The position numbers and the translations under genes were made by a program. From the NCBI GenBank assembly GCA_038734945.1, contig JAVYOA010000009.1, positions 496,001 to 536,354 of the forward strand: a stretch of 40,354 nucleotides of DNA, read 5' to 3'. The notes under the pieces were generated by a model, which was given only the letters and a program-made list of their open reading frames with translations, was not told the DNA's origin and made no database searches. Source of the DNA: Fervidicoccaceae archaeon. Lineage in GTDB: Archaea > Thermoproteota > Thermoprotei_A > Sulfolobales > Fervidicoccaceae. Below are positions 19,060 to 28,430 of the stretch, one piece after another (positions within the stretch are counted from its first letter, which is position 1; every line of letters begins with the position of its first letter).

Positions 19060-19659
19060 GTGATGGTGATGCTAGAAATAATATTCCATGGAAGAGGAGG
19101 GCAGGGAGCTGTTACATCCTCTGAGCTGCTGGCATCAGCAGCTAGCAAGGAGGGATATGAAGCGCAGGCATTCTCATTTTATGGTGCAGAGAGGAGAGGT
19201 GCCCCAGTCTTTGCTTTTCTGCGAATAGATAAGAAGAGAATTCTCAGGCATGGAATGTTTTTTAGAGCAGATTCCCTAGTAGTCCTTGACAAAGGCTTGT
19301 TCAACTTTCAGGATTTCAAGAGAGTCAGGATAAAAAAAGGAGGAAAGCTGATAGTTAATGCTGAGCAGGGAAGCGGAAGTTTCTTTGCGAGCAAGGTCGA
19401 GAGGGAAGGAGAGATAAGCGTTTACTCAATAAATGCAACAAAGATTGCCCTGGAAGAGGGCCTGGTTATTGCTGGTTGGCCCTTGGTCAACACTCCAATT
19501 CTTGGCGCTCTCGTTAAAATAAATGCCATGCCTAGCCTGAATTCCCTCATTGAAGCAGTGAGGGAAAAATTTGAAGGCCAGCTTGGTGAGAAAAATGCGA
19601 GAGCAGTGAAGAGGGCATTTGAAGAGGTTCATTTTGAGGGTGATTTTCCATGGAAGTGA
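19060..19659 (+). CDS. Pyruvate/2-oxoacid:ferredoxin oxidoreductase gamma subunit
   Basis: HGRGGQG and YGAERRGAPV motifs. Confidence 0.95.
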   Translation: MMVMLEIIFHGRGGQGAVTSSELLASAASKEGYEAQAFSFYGAERRGAPVFAFLRIDKKRILRHGMFFRADSLVVLDKGLFNFQDFKRVRIKKGGKLIVNAEQGSGSFFASKVEREGEISVYSINATKIALEEGLVIAGWPLVNTPILGALVKINAMPSLNSLIEAVREKFEGQLGEKNARAVKRAFEEVHFEGDFPWK

Positions 19660-19940
19660 ACCTGAGAATTGTGGAGACAAGCGACAAAATTCCCATATCA
19701 TTCCCATCTGAGGGAGCAGGAGGGAGGACTGGAAGCTGGAGATTGGAGAGGCCAATTGTCAACAATGACAAATGCACAAGATGCTTTCTCTGTGAGATCT
19801 ACTGTCCAGTAAACGTTATTGATGTCAGAAGGGAAGGGGTTCTCATTGATTATAACTACTGCAAAGGATGTGGCATATGCATGAGAGTTTGTCCGCAGAA
19901 AGCTATAACAATGATTCCTGAGAGTGAGGAGGGGAAATGA
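19650..19940 (+). CDS. Pyruvate/2-oxoacid:ferredoxin oxidoreductase delta subunit (2x[4Fe-4S])
   Basis: TGSWR, CTRCFLCEIYCP and YCKGCGICMRVCP. Confidence 0.95.
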   Translation: MEVNLRIVETSDKIPISFPSEGAGGRTGSWRLERPIVNNDKCTRCFLCEIYCPVNVIDVRREGVLIDYNYCKGCGICMRVCPQKAITMIPESEEGK

Positions 19941-21148
19941 AAATGCTCTTGTCAGAAAAGAAAAAGGAAAAGATGGTAATAACTGGGAACCATGCTGTAG
20001 CCTATGCAGTTAAGCTATCCAGGGTTAAAGTAATATCAGCATATCCAATTACCCCTCAAACATCTATAGTTGAGAAGCTCTCGGAATTTGTGGAAAAGGG
20101 TGAGTTGGATGCTAGTATAATCAAGGTTGAATCCGAGCACAGCGCATTGGCAGCTGTTTACGGAGCAGCAATAGCTGGAGCTCGCTCTTTCACAGCAACT
20201 TCAAGCCACGGGCTTCTTTACATGCATGAGTGGGTGCATTGGTTCAGCAGGGCAAGAATACCAACAGTTATGGCAGTTGTTACAAGAACAATAGGTCCTC
20301 CATGGAATATATGGCCAGACCATTCCGATTTCATTGACCAGAGAGATGCTGGCTGGATCATGTCTTTTGCAATGGATAATCAGGAAGTTGTCGATTTAGT
20401 GATACAGGCATTCAAAATTGGAGAAGATCCCTCCGTCTATCTTCCGGTGATGATTGGGCTAGAAGGTTTCATATTGGGAGGAACTGCTATGCCGGTCGAG
20501 CTTCCATTTGAAGAGGATGTTGCCAAGTTTCTTGGAGAGAGAAGACAACCATATTCTGTAGCAGACAGCGTTGTCTCTGTTGGAAATCTGACTTCGCCGG
20601 AAGATACAGAACTGATGCAAATGGACATACAAGCTGCCATGGAGAGATCCAAGGAGATTATCAGAAAAGTGGATGAAGAATATGGGAGATTGTTTGGTAG
20701 AAAATATGGTGGACTAACAAGTTGCTACAGATGCGAAGATGCAAAGTATGTTGCTTTCACTATGGGAGCTTGGAGTGGAGATGCAATGGAAGCTGTAGAC
20801 ATCCTGAGAAACCAAGGTATTGATGTGGGTTTGGTGAGAATCAGATATGTCAGACCGTTCCCCTCTGAAGAGATAAAACAGGCCCTCTCAAGTGCCAGAA
20901 TGGGCATTGTTTTCGACAGAAGCATTAGCTTTGGAGGATATGGGCAGCTATTCGAAGACATAGCATCAGCTATTGTAAATGCGAGGGAAAAGGCTACAAT
21001 TGTTAACGTAATAGCAGGTTTAGGTGGAGTGAATATAACTGCTGAAGACTTCGCAAACGTTCTTGGAAAGCTGATAAGTGATTTTGAAGAGGGGAAAGAG
21101 CTTTCTCACAAGCTATGGTATCACTCAGGAGAGGTGATGAAATATTAG
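19937..21148 (+). CDS. Pyruvate/2-oxoacid:ferredoxin oxidoreductase alpha subunit
   Basis: AYPITPQ, VESEHSA and TATSSHGL motifs. Confidence 0.95.
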   Translation: MKMLLSEKKKEKMVITGNHAVAYAVKLSRVKVISAYPITPQTSIVEKLSEFVEKGELDASIIKVESEHSALAAVYGAAIAGARSFTATSSHGLLYMHEWVHWFSRARIPTVMAVVTRTIGPPWNIWPDHSDFIDQRDAGWIMSFAMDNQEVVDLVIQAFKIGEDPSVYLPVMIGLEGFILGGTAMPVELPFEEDVAKFLGERRQPYSVADSVVSVGNLTSPEDTELMQMDIQAAMERSKEIIRKVDEEYGRLFGRKYGGLTSCYRCEDAKYVAFTMGAWSGDAMEAVDILRNQGIDVGLVRIRYVRPFPSEEIKQALSSARMGIVFDRSISFGGYGQLFEDIASAIVNAREKATIVNVIAGLGGVNITAEDFANVLGKLISDFEEGKELSHKLWYHSGEVMKY

Positions 21149-21167
21149 CCTGGTAAAGCCAAAGATT

Positions 21168-22043
21168 TTGGGAAACTATAAGAAATATGTTTTACCAGGA
21201 GATGCTGCGTGTCCGGGATGCCCAATACCGATAGGATTGAAAGTAGTTTCCAGTGCTACCGATGGAAAGGCCATTCTGGTTATTCCAGCCTGCTGCACAT
21301 CAGTTGTAGTTGGAAGCGCACCTAAGTCATCTCTCAACATGCCTGTTGTACATGTGCCTTTTGCCAGCGCCGCTTCAGTAGCTTCAGGCATAAGAGAAGC
21401 ACTGCTCAAGAGAAACAAGGAAGATATGAGCGTCATAGTTTGGGCAGGCGATGGAGGTACAGCAGACATTGGGATGGCATCGCTCAGTGGTGCTGCTGAA
21501 AGAAACTCAGACATCATATATATAATGTACGACAATGAAGCATACATGAATACGGGGATCCAGAGAAGCAGTTCTACTCCGGAAGGAGCCTGGACCACAA
21601 CAACTCCGATCCTGGGAAAAACAGAACAGAAGAAGGACGTAGCGAAAATAATGATGTCGCATAATGTCCCATATGTAGCTACAGCAAGCATAGCTTATCC
21701 GCACGACTTCTATAACAAGCTAACTAGAGCTTTGAAAATAAAGGGGTTCAGATTCATCCAGCTCCATTCTCCTTGCCCAGTTGGGTGGAGGTTCGATGCT
21801 TCTCTCACGGTTGATGTAGCAAAAGCTGCTGTGGAAACTGGGATGTGGATTCTGTATGAGTATAGAGATGGGAAGCTTGAGTTCTCGAATCCAAGCAAAT
21901 ATTTAATTGAGCACAATGGCTTCAAACCAATTGAGGATTACTTGAAGCTTCAGGGAAGATTCAGCATCATTGGAAGAGAGAGAATAAAGGAGCTATATGC
22001 TGAAAGAGATAGAAACATTGAATGGTTCAAAAAGCTGCTCTGA
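21168..22043 (+). CDS. Pyruvate/2-oxoacid:ferredoxin oxidoreductase beta subunit
   Basis: ACPGC, GDGG...DNEAYMNTGIQRS (TPP motif) and SPCP. Start may be upstream at ATT 21144. Confidence 0.95.
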   Translation: MGNYKKYVLPGDAACPGCPIPIGLKVVSSATDGKAILVIPACCTSVVVGSAPKSSLNMPVVHVPFASAASVASGIREALLKRNKEDMSVIVWAGDGGTADIGMASLSGAAERNSDIIYIMYDNEAYMNTGIQRSSSTPEGAWTTTTPILGKTEQKKDVAKIMMSHNVPYVATASIAYPHDFYNKLTRALKIKGFRFIQLHSPCPVGWRFDASLTVDVAKAAVETGMWILYEYRDGKLEFSNPSKYLIEHNGFKPIEDYLKLQGRFSIIGRERIKELYAERDRNIEWFKKLL

Positions 22044-22071
22044 TATCTCAAGCTTTAAATCTGAATCTTTT

Positions 22072-22314
22072 TCAAGTATTATTCTCCTTTTTTTCAATCT
22101 CCTCAACTATTATTTTCTCTGCTATTCCTCTTCCAAAAGCAACCTGTATTTTCCTCACCTCAGCTATAATTGGACCATACGAGTTGCGAACTATCCTCAT
22201 TTCTGTGCCTGGAACTACCCCCAGCCGAAGGAGCTTCGAGAGCACAGCATTTCCACCTACTATTTCCAGTACCTTTACTTCCTCTCCTTCCTTAGCTTCA
22301 CTCAGCCTCTTCAT
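22072..22314 (-). CDS. feoA: FeoA family protein
   Basis: RLSEAKEG, LLRLGVVPG, GPII and VAFGRGIAEKI fit the SH3-like FeoA pattern. Confidence 0.88.
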   Translation of the reverse strand: MKRLSEAKEGEEVKVLEIVGGNAVLSKLLRLGVVPGTEMRIVRNSYGPIIAEVRKIQVAFGRGIAEKIIVEEIEKKENNT

Positions 22315-23599
22315 TCTTAAGTTTCAACTCCATCATTTTTATAGACTCTCCAATTCCCAGCTCTGCTCTAGACCCACTCTCTCTATCTACTATTGTTACC
22401 ACTCTACTTTCAGCTTCCTTCTTGCCGAAATATATTGCGTATTTATAGTTCATTGCGTTCATTCTCTTTTTCTGCTTTTCTGGAGTCCTTCGAAGCAGAT
22501 CCATCTCAACAATTATCCCCCTTTTCCTCAGCTCCATAGCATAGTTCCATGCTTCCCTGTATACGGATTCATCGAGAACTACAATGAAGGCCCCATTAAT
22601 AGCTTCTCTCAGATTTATCAGCTTCCTCTCCAACATTACATCAATTATTCTCTCTATTCCCAGGCTTCCTCCAGTAGCTGGGAGAGGCTCCCCCTTGAAC
22701 ATTGAGATCAAGTTGTCGTACCTGCCTCCTCCAGAAACCGATCCTGGACTACCTTCTGTCAGCACAACTTCAAATATTATCCCAGTATAGTAATCCAGTC
22801 CTCTCACCAGGCTGAAATCAAACATCGCCTTATCCTTAGAGTAAAGTAGAGACCCAAGCTGCTCCAGCTCCTCTATATACTTGCTTTGCTCTCCGCCTGC
22901 CAAATCTTTTAAAGCATCCCTAACTTCATTCAATTTAGATTTAACGAGCATGGATGAGAGCTCATCTATCTGCTCATTTGATAGACCAATTCTAATCAGC
23001 TCGCTTCTAACTCCATTTTCCCCGATTTTGTCTAGCTTGTCTATTGTCCTAAGAATTGTTAGAGATTGCTGACCAAATTTCTTTTCAACTAACTCTCTCA
23101 GCAGTCCTCGATGGTTCACTCTAACAAGATAGTCATTGAGTCCTAGATTTTCAAGACACATTGAAATAGTGTTTATAATCTCTGCATCCGCTTCAACATA
23201 GGGAGAGCCCACAGTATCTATATCAGCTTGCAGAAATTCTCTGTACCTGCCTCTCTGAGGTTCTTCATGTCTCCATACTAGCGATATTTGGTGTCTCTTG
23301 AACGGAAGCTGGATCTCTGGGTGCTGGGAAATGAAGCGAGCCAAAGGTACAGTCAAATCATATCTCAGAGCATACTCCTTATCGCTGAAAGGATCCTTAA
23401 ATCTCCATACGAGCTTTTCCTCTGCCTCTGGTCCATATTTGCCTGCTAGTGTCTCCCAATATTCTAATGATGGGGTATCCATTGGGGGAAAACCAGCAAC
23501 CTCAAATATTTTCCTAACTCTATCTATAACCTTCAACCTTGCCCTCATCAGCTCTGGGGGGAAATCTCTAAAGCCTCTTGGGATCTCAGCCTTGCGCAT
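22298..23599 (-). CDS. hisS: Histidine--tRNA ligase
   Basis: PRGFRD, LRYDLTVP, GRYREFLQ, LVRGLDYYTG, GGGRYD and GIERI motifs. Confidence 0.97.
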   Translation of the reverse strand: MRKAEIPRGFRDFPPELMRARLKVIDRVRKIFEVAGFPPMDTPSLEYWETLAGKYGPEAEEKLVWRFKDPFSDKEYALRYDLTVPLARFISQHPEIQLPFKRHQISLVWRHEEPQRGRYREFLQADIDTVGSPYVEADAEIINTISMCLENLGLNDYLVRVNHRGLLRELVEKKFGQQSLTILRTIDKLDKIGENGVRSELIRIGLSNEQIDELSSMLVKSKLNEVRDALKDLAGGEQSKYIEELEQLGSLLYSKDKAMFDFSLVRGLDYYTGIIFEVVLTEGSPGSVSGGGRYDNLISMFKGEPLPATGGSLGIERIIDVMLERKLINLREAINGAFIVVLDESVYREAWNYAMELRKRGIIVEMDLLRRTPEKQKKRMNAMNYKYAIYFGKKEAESRVVTIVDRESGSRAELGIGESIKMMELKLKNEEAE

Positions 23600-24162
23600 A
23601 TCAACTTTCCCTTACTCTCTGAAATTTATTGTAATGTTAATAAACTCTGGGTTTTGAGCTATTTTTTCAAATATACCTGCATAGCTCTTGGGTTGCGCCA
23701 ATCTAGAACTCATCACGAGCTCATAGAGCTTTCTTCAGACACCCTCTTTCCTCAAGGTGAATCAGCTCCAAGCCCTCTTTAGCCAATTAAAAAGCCTTTT
23801 CGCTCGAGAAAACCTTTTCATCTGAAGGTACAGGTTTATGGTAGCTTTTAGCTCCTATCATTCTCAGCTCACATTATATGCATTCGTATTTCCGCTTATT
23901 TCGGGCATTGATGATCCTAAACCTGGATATCTATTGCTTGTCTTCCCTTGAAGTCATTGTCTTTGATTTGTATGCCATGAAGGACTCTATATGCTCCAGT
24001 AGCTATTCGCACCGAAGGCTTCCAGGATGCAAAATGGAGTCTGAATGGAAAGTGCAACTATAAAAAAGAGATCTTAAATAAACAGGATATGAAACAATAT
24101 ATTCTAAAATTTGGAAGGATCTCTTGGACGTTCATGTGAGAATTGAGTCAAGGTGATCGAAA

Positions 24163-24435
24163 ATGGGTATTAAGGAGCCACAGCAACCAACACAGGCTAC
24201 GGAAAAAGATAAATGGATTCAAAAGATGCTTCGCTCAGCAAGGACATATCACAAGCTTTGTCCATATTATGATAAAAAAACTCAGCAGTGCTTTATTAAG
24301 CTCGGGGAGGACTGCGATAGGGATGGGAAATATGATACCTGCCAGGTCTTCATGGACTTCCTGTCATCGAAGTATGATGAGTACGCATCAAAGGGTAGAA
24401 GCCTTCCTGTTGACTTTTTAGATATTACACATTGA
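24163..24435 (+). CDS. Small hypothetical protein with four Cys (putative metal-binding)
   Basis: RBS AGGTGA before ATG; C-x9-C-x7-C-x8-C spacing; resembles a conserved crenarchaeal family as I recall it. Confidence 0.8.
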   Translation: MGIKEPQQPTQATEKDKWIQKMLRSARTYHKLCPYYDKKTQQCFIKLGEDCDRDGKYDTCQVFMDFLSSKYDEYASKGRSLPVDFLDITH

Positions 24436-24492
24436 TCTCGCGCCTCATGAGCAAGAGAGAGAAGCTAATGATCATGTATTCAATTGGTTTAA

Positions 24493-25167
24493 ATGGAGGG
24501 GAAGAGGAGAAAAATAATGAGTGAGTGGATTGCTATTCTCGACTACGATATGACCATAGTTGACAGCCTGAAAATATTCTATAGAGTTTACAACGATCTT
24601 CTCAGGAAGTACTTCGGGGAGGAAGTAAGTATTGATGAATTCAGAGAGATGTTCTGCAAAAATACAATAGATGAATACAAAACTTACCCCCCCAGTTTTT
24701 GGGAAGAATTCAAGCAGTTATATAGAGCCATGCATCCAAGCGAGATCTCTCCCATGCCAGGGCTGGGAAATTTCCTGAAAGTTCTTGAAAAATTGGGAAT
24801 GGAGGCCTATATCATAACTGGGAGAGGGGTAGAGCCGCAGGATATAGAAAGGGAACTCCGCTTTCTGAACATAGAAAAATTCTCGGGGAAGATAAGGACG
24901 CTTAAAGGCTCTGGAGGAGAGCATCCATTTGACAAGACAGAGGAAGTTAGAAAGCTCCTCTCTGAAAAGAAGGAATACAAATGCATAATGTTCGGCGACT
25001 ATGCAGATGATATAATAGCAGCTAAGAAGAATGGCTGCTTGGCAGTGGGCATTACGAATGGCTGCAAGTCCCCAGAATATTTCAAAAGAATGGGGGCAGA
25101 TTACGTTATAAAAGATTTGGAAGAAGGAGCTGAGCTTGTTAATAGGATTGTGATCCTTCCTCCCTAG
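24493..25167 (+). CDS. HAD-family hydrolase (phosphoglycolate phosphatase-like)
   Basis: DYDMT motif I, ITGR motif II and GDYADD motif IV. Confidence 0.88.
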   Translation: MEGKRRKIMSEWIAILDYDMTIVDSLKIFYRVYNDLLRKYFGEEVSIDEFREMFCKNTIDEYKTYPPSFWEEFKQLYRAMHPSEISPMPGLGNFLKVLEKLGMEAYIITGRGVEPQDIERELRFLNIEKFSGKIRTLKGSGGEHPFDKTEEVRKLLSEKKEYKCIMFGDYADDIIAAKKNGCLAVGITNGCKSPEYFKRMGADYVIKDLEEGAELVNRIVILPP

Positions 25168-25462
25168 CTGAGAGAATAAAATATTTCCCCTTTGATGAAT
25201 TCACTATCTTGGCCTTTCTCAGCGAATTTACAATCTTTCTAATTTTCTCCTCGCTGGCCATAGTTTTCAGCTCTGAATGGATCTCCTTTATGGTTACCTG
25301 GCCCCTACTTTTAATTATGTTCAATATAATCTCCGAGAGCTTATCCTCATGAGGAGTGACCATCACTACTATATCCTTGGACTCATAGATGACTTCTTGA
25401 CTTCCACTGCGGAATTTCTGCCTAACTTCCAATATCCCACACCTAATATATATTTTGAGCAT
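25139..25462 (-). CDS. Small winged-helix DNA-binding protein
   Basis: IILNIIK-x4-VTIKEIH-x7-SEEKIRKIV...GKYFI. Likely start is TTG at 25432 after AGGTG. Confidence 0.75.
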   Translation of the reverse strand: MLKIYIRCGILEVRQKFRSGSQEVIYESKDIVVMVTPHEDKLSEIILNIIKSRGQVTIKEIHSELKTMASEEKIRKIVNSLRKAKIVNSSKGKYFILSAREEGSQSY

Positions 25463-25500
25463 GCAATAGATAAAAGGAAAAAGGCAAGGAGGAGAAATAG

Positions 25501-26442
25501 ATGGATCCCAGGAAATTGAAGGGTAGAGATTTTCTTTCTATAAATGATTTCACCGAGCTGGAAATGAGATATGTAATCGATACTGCCCGCGAGCTGAAGA
25601 GGTTATACTACATGGGAAAGAGAAGGGTTAACCTTCTGAGAAACAAAGTTCTCTTCCTCATATTTCAGAAACCTAGCACGAGAACAAGACTCAGCTTTGA
25701 AATTGCCATGAAGCAGCTGGGAGGAGAGGCAATTTATTCTGGATGGAATGAGCTTCAGCTTGGAAGGGGTGAGGAAATATCTGATACTGCCCGCGTTCTC
25801 TCCAGATATGGGGACGGGATCGTGGCAAGAGTCTACGGACAGGAAAGTCTAGAGGAGCTGGCAAAATATGCAGAGATCCCAGTCATAAATGCGCTGAGCG
25901 ATCTAGAGCATCCAGTGCAGGCTCTATCCGATATGATGACTATCGAGGAAGTCTTTGGAAAATTGGAGAACATAACAATATCCTTTGTTGGAGATGGAAG
26001 AGATAATGTTCTGAACAGCCTCATGATTTCCTCTCTCAAGCTTGGAGCAAATTTCAGAATAGCCACCCCAGACGAGCTGAGCCCGCTAGAGAGCTATGTA
26101 AAAATTGCCTCGGAAATAGCTGATGATAAGGATCTGGAGTTCTTCATTACTAACGACCCTAGAGAGGCTGTCGATGGAGCAGATGTCGTATATACGGATA
26201 CTTGGGTCAGCATGGGGAAGGAAGAAGAGGCCAGTAGAAGAAAAAGCATTCTGGCACCCTATCAAGTCAACAGCGAACTCTTTTCTCTGGCAAACGAGAA
26301 AGCAGTATTCATGCACTGTCTGCCTGCTCACAAGGGAGAGGAAGTTTCCAGGGATGTCTTTGAATCAAGCAGGAGCATTGTATGGCAGCAGGCTGAGAAC
26401 AGATTGCATTTGCAGAAAGGTCTCCTTTCCATTCTCATCTGA
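25501..26442 (+). CDS. argF: Ornithine carbamoyltransferase
   Basis: PSTRT, HPVQAL, DTWVSMG, HCLP and QAENR motifs. Confidence 0.96.
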   Translation: MDPRKLKGRDFLSINDFTELEMRYVIDTARELKRLYYMGKRRVNLLRNKVLFLIFQKPSTRTRLSFEIAMKQLGGEAIYSGWNELQLGRGEEISDTARVLSRYGDGIVARVYGQESLEELAKYAEIPVINALSDLEHPVQALSDMMTIEEVFGKLENITISFVGDGRDNVLNSLMISSLKLGANFRIATPDELSPLESYVKIASEIADDKDLEFFITNDPREAVDGADVVYTDTWVSMGKEEEASRRKSILAPYQVNSELFSLANEKAVFMHCLPAHKGEEVSRDVFESSRSIVWQQAENRLHLQKGLLSILI

Positions 26443-26525
26443 AATCGTTTCATTTAATAACCCTTAAAATATGATTTTTTTGCTGATTTTCAGCTAAGAA
26501 AAATGCATTACTTTGAAACGATTTC
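26441..26525. repeat. Nested inverted repeat spanning the argF-bioY intergenic region
   Basis: GAAATCGTTTCA (26441-26452) and TGAAACGATTTC (26514-26525) form a perfect 12-bp IR; inner palindrome GCTGA-TTT-TCAGC at 26482-26494. Confidence 0.7.
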
Positions 26526-26535
26526 GGTGAAACTC

Positions 26536-27180
26536 ATGCGCTCATTCCTACCAAGAGCTTCAATCCTCTCTCTTTCAGTTGCGCTGATAGCTCTTTCTGC
26601 CCAAATAAAATTCAACCTGGGACCTGTGCCATATACAATGCAGAATATGGGAATCACAATAGCTTCCCTCCTTCTTCCGCCGTTGGATGCATTAATGAGC
26701 GTCCTCATTTATATCTCCCTCATAGCTATTGGACTGCCACTTGCTTCAGGAATGAGAGGAGGGATTTCCGTTCTCATAGGATATACTTCAGGATATATTT
26801 GGGGGTTCGCTATTTCTGCTCCTCTCATGTCAATGCTTTCAAGGGCCTATTTAAAAAGGAAGAAGATCCCTCTGAGAAGCATAGGAAAGAGAGAGGCAGC
26901 AGCTCTCCTTCTGATCTCAGTGCTTTCATTTATTCCAACATACTTACTGGGATATCTCGTTTTCCTCAGATATGCTGTTCCTAGCTCTTCCCTCTATCTC
27001 TGGAGCTCCAATGTGGCATCAAGCATTGGTTTCTCATCAGAAAACATATACCTCATGATCTTTGCTGCCTCAGTTCTCATTTTTCTCCCCCAGGATGTTC
27101 TGATGGATCAAACTATTGGAATAGCGCTGGCGAAGGAGATCGATCGCTTTCTGCATGAGAGGGGTATTGAATGGGAATAA
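26536..27180 (+). CDS. bioY: Biotin transporter S-component BioY
   Basis: PVPYTMQ, GLP, GG and GYTSGYIWGF motifs. Start moved from the track's 26503 to the in-frame ATG at 26536, which follows RBS GGTGA (26526-26530). Confidence 0.92.
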   Translation: MRSFLPRASILSLSVALIALSAQIKFNLGPVPYTMQNMGITIASLLLPPLDALMSVLIYISLIAIGLPLASGMRGGISVLIGYTSGYIWGFAISAPLMSMLSRAYLKRKKIPLRSIGKREAAALLLISVLSFIPTYLLGYLVFLRYAVPSSSLYLWSSNVASSIGFSSENIYLMIFAASVLIFLPQDVLMDQTIGIALAKEIDRFLHERGIEWE

Positions 27181-28430
27181 ATGGAATAGAGGCAAGAGAA
27201 CTATCAATATCAGCGAAGAGAAGGAAAATACTCGAGAACATAAATTTTGAAGCTAGTCAGGGAGAGCTAGTAGTTATCAGCGGACCGACTGGAAGCGGAA
27301 AATCTACGCTCATGAAGGCGATAGGAGGAATACTTTACAGCGTATACAGCGGATTCGATGTGTCAGGAAAAATATCTGTTTTTGGTTTGAATCCTGAAAA
27401 TGCTCTAAAGAGAGGATTTATTTCCTATGCTCCACAGGACTCCAGGAGCTTCTTCATTGGCAGGAATGCTCTAGAAGAACTTGAGTATCATGGCATTAAT
27501 TGGAAAGAGATCTCCTTTCCAGAAGAAAAGCTGCTCATTCCAATTAGGAATCTCTCTGCTGGAGAGCAGTACAGGCTCATAGCTGAGATCTCATTTGCTG
27601 CCAAGAAGAAAGTCATAATGCTGGATGAGCCCTCCGCCTTTCTTGACTCAGAAACACTGAGCAGAATTCTAAGCATTGTTAAGGAAAAAAGCAGAGAGGA
27701 AAGGTCAATTGCTCTTATCTCTGACCACAGAGTGGAGGGCTCAACAATCGGAGCTGATAGGAAAATTGAGCTTGGAAGCCCACAAGTTAGCTGCAATAGG
27801 CCAGACCTATCCTCATGGATGAACAAGAAAAAGGGCGGGAAAATAGCTTTGAGAGATTTTTCCTTGAAAAAGGGAAACAAGATCATTGCGAGAGGAATAG
27901 AGTTTGAGGTTGGAGAGGGGGAAATAGCAGCTCTTCTTGGTCCGAACGGTTCGGGAAAGAGCAGCTTGCTGAGGGAAATCGCGATTGCTTCCTCCAGAAA
28001 TGCAAAAAATGAAGTTATAACAAGCGGAAGGGTTTTCTACATAGCAGAGTCTCCTCTTTATCCCTTTGCAGAGTCAACAGTGATTGGAGAGATAAGAAGA
28101 TGGAAAAGAAAAAATTGGGAAAATGGAGGTATGGAGGAAAAAATTCTGCAGGCCTTCAATCTCCATGAGCTCTCTCAGCTGCTCCCATTTTCTCTAAGCA
28201 TTGGGCAGTCCAGGGCTCTCTCAATTGCTTCATCAATACTTGCCGAACCAGATATATTGATCATAGATGAGCCATCCTTGGGACTAGACAGGTGCCTATT
28301 CGAAGCAGTAATCGAGTACTTGGAATCATTCAGGAGCTCTGGAGGAACAGTTCTTATGGCAACCCACGATCCAAGGCTTGTCTCCATTTCTGACAGGAAA
28401 ATATACATGGAGAGCTTTCTGGTGAGATAA
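27171..28430 (+). CDS. ECF transporter ATPase with two fused ABC domains
   Basis: Two Walker A motifs (GPTGSGKS, GPNGSGKS) and two Walker B motifs (LDEP, IDEP); lies between bioY and a T-component gene. Confidence 0.88.
   Translation: MGINGIEARELSISAKRRKILENINFEASQGELVVISGPTGSGKSTLMKAIGGILYSVYSGFDVSGKISVFGLNPENALKRGFISYAPQDSRSFFIGRNALEELEYHGINWKEISFPEEKLLIPIRNLSAGEQYRLIAEISFAAKKKVIMLDEPSAFLDSETLSRILSIVKEKSREERSIALISDHRVEGSTIGADRKIELGSPQVSCNRPDLSSWMNKKKGGKIALRDFSLKKGNKIIARGIEFEVGEGEIAALLGPNGSGKSSLLREIAIASSRNAKNEVITSGRVFYIAESPLYPFAESTVIGEIRRWKRKNWENGGMEEKILQAFNLHELSQLLPFSLSIGQSRALSIASSILAEPDILIIDEPSLGLDRCLFEAVIEYLESFRSSGGTVLMATHDPRLVSISDRKIYMESFLVR

Noticed and set aside
22022..22705. 227-aa plus-strand ORF
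   Set aside because: Antisense shadow of feoA and hisS, Ser/Phe/Leu-rich with no motif.
23667..23760. Possible C/D box sRNA on the minus strand (GTGATGA with nearby CTGA/TTGA)
   Set aside because: No convincing set of four boxes in order, and I could not match the guides to rRNA or tRNA. Kept only as part of the unexplained-gap finding.
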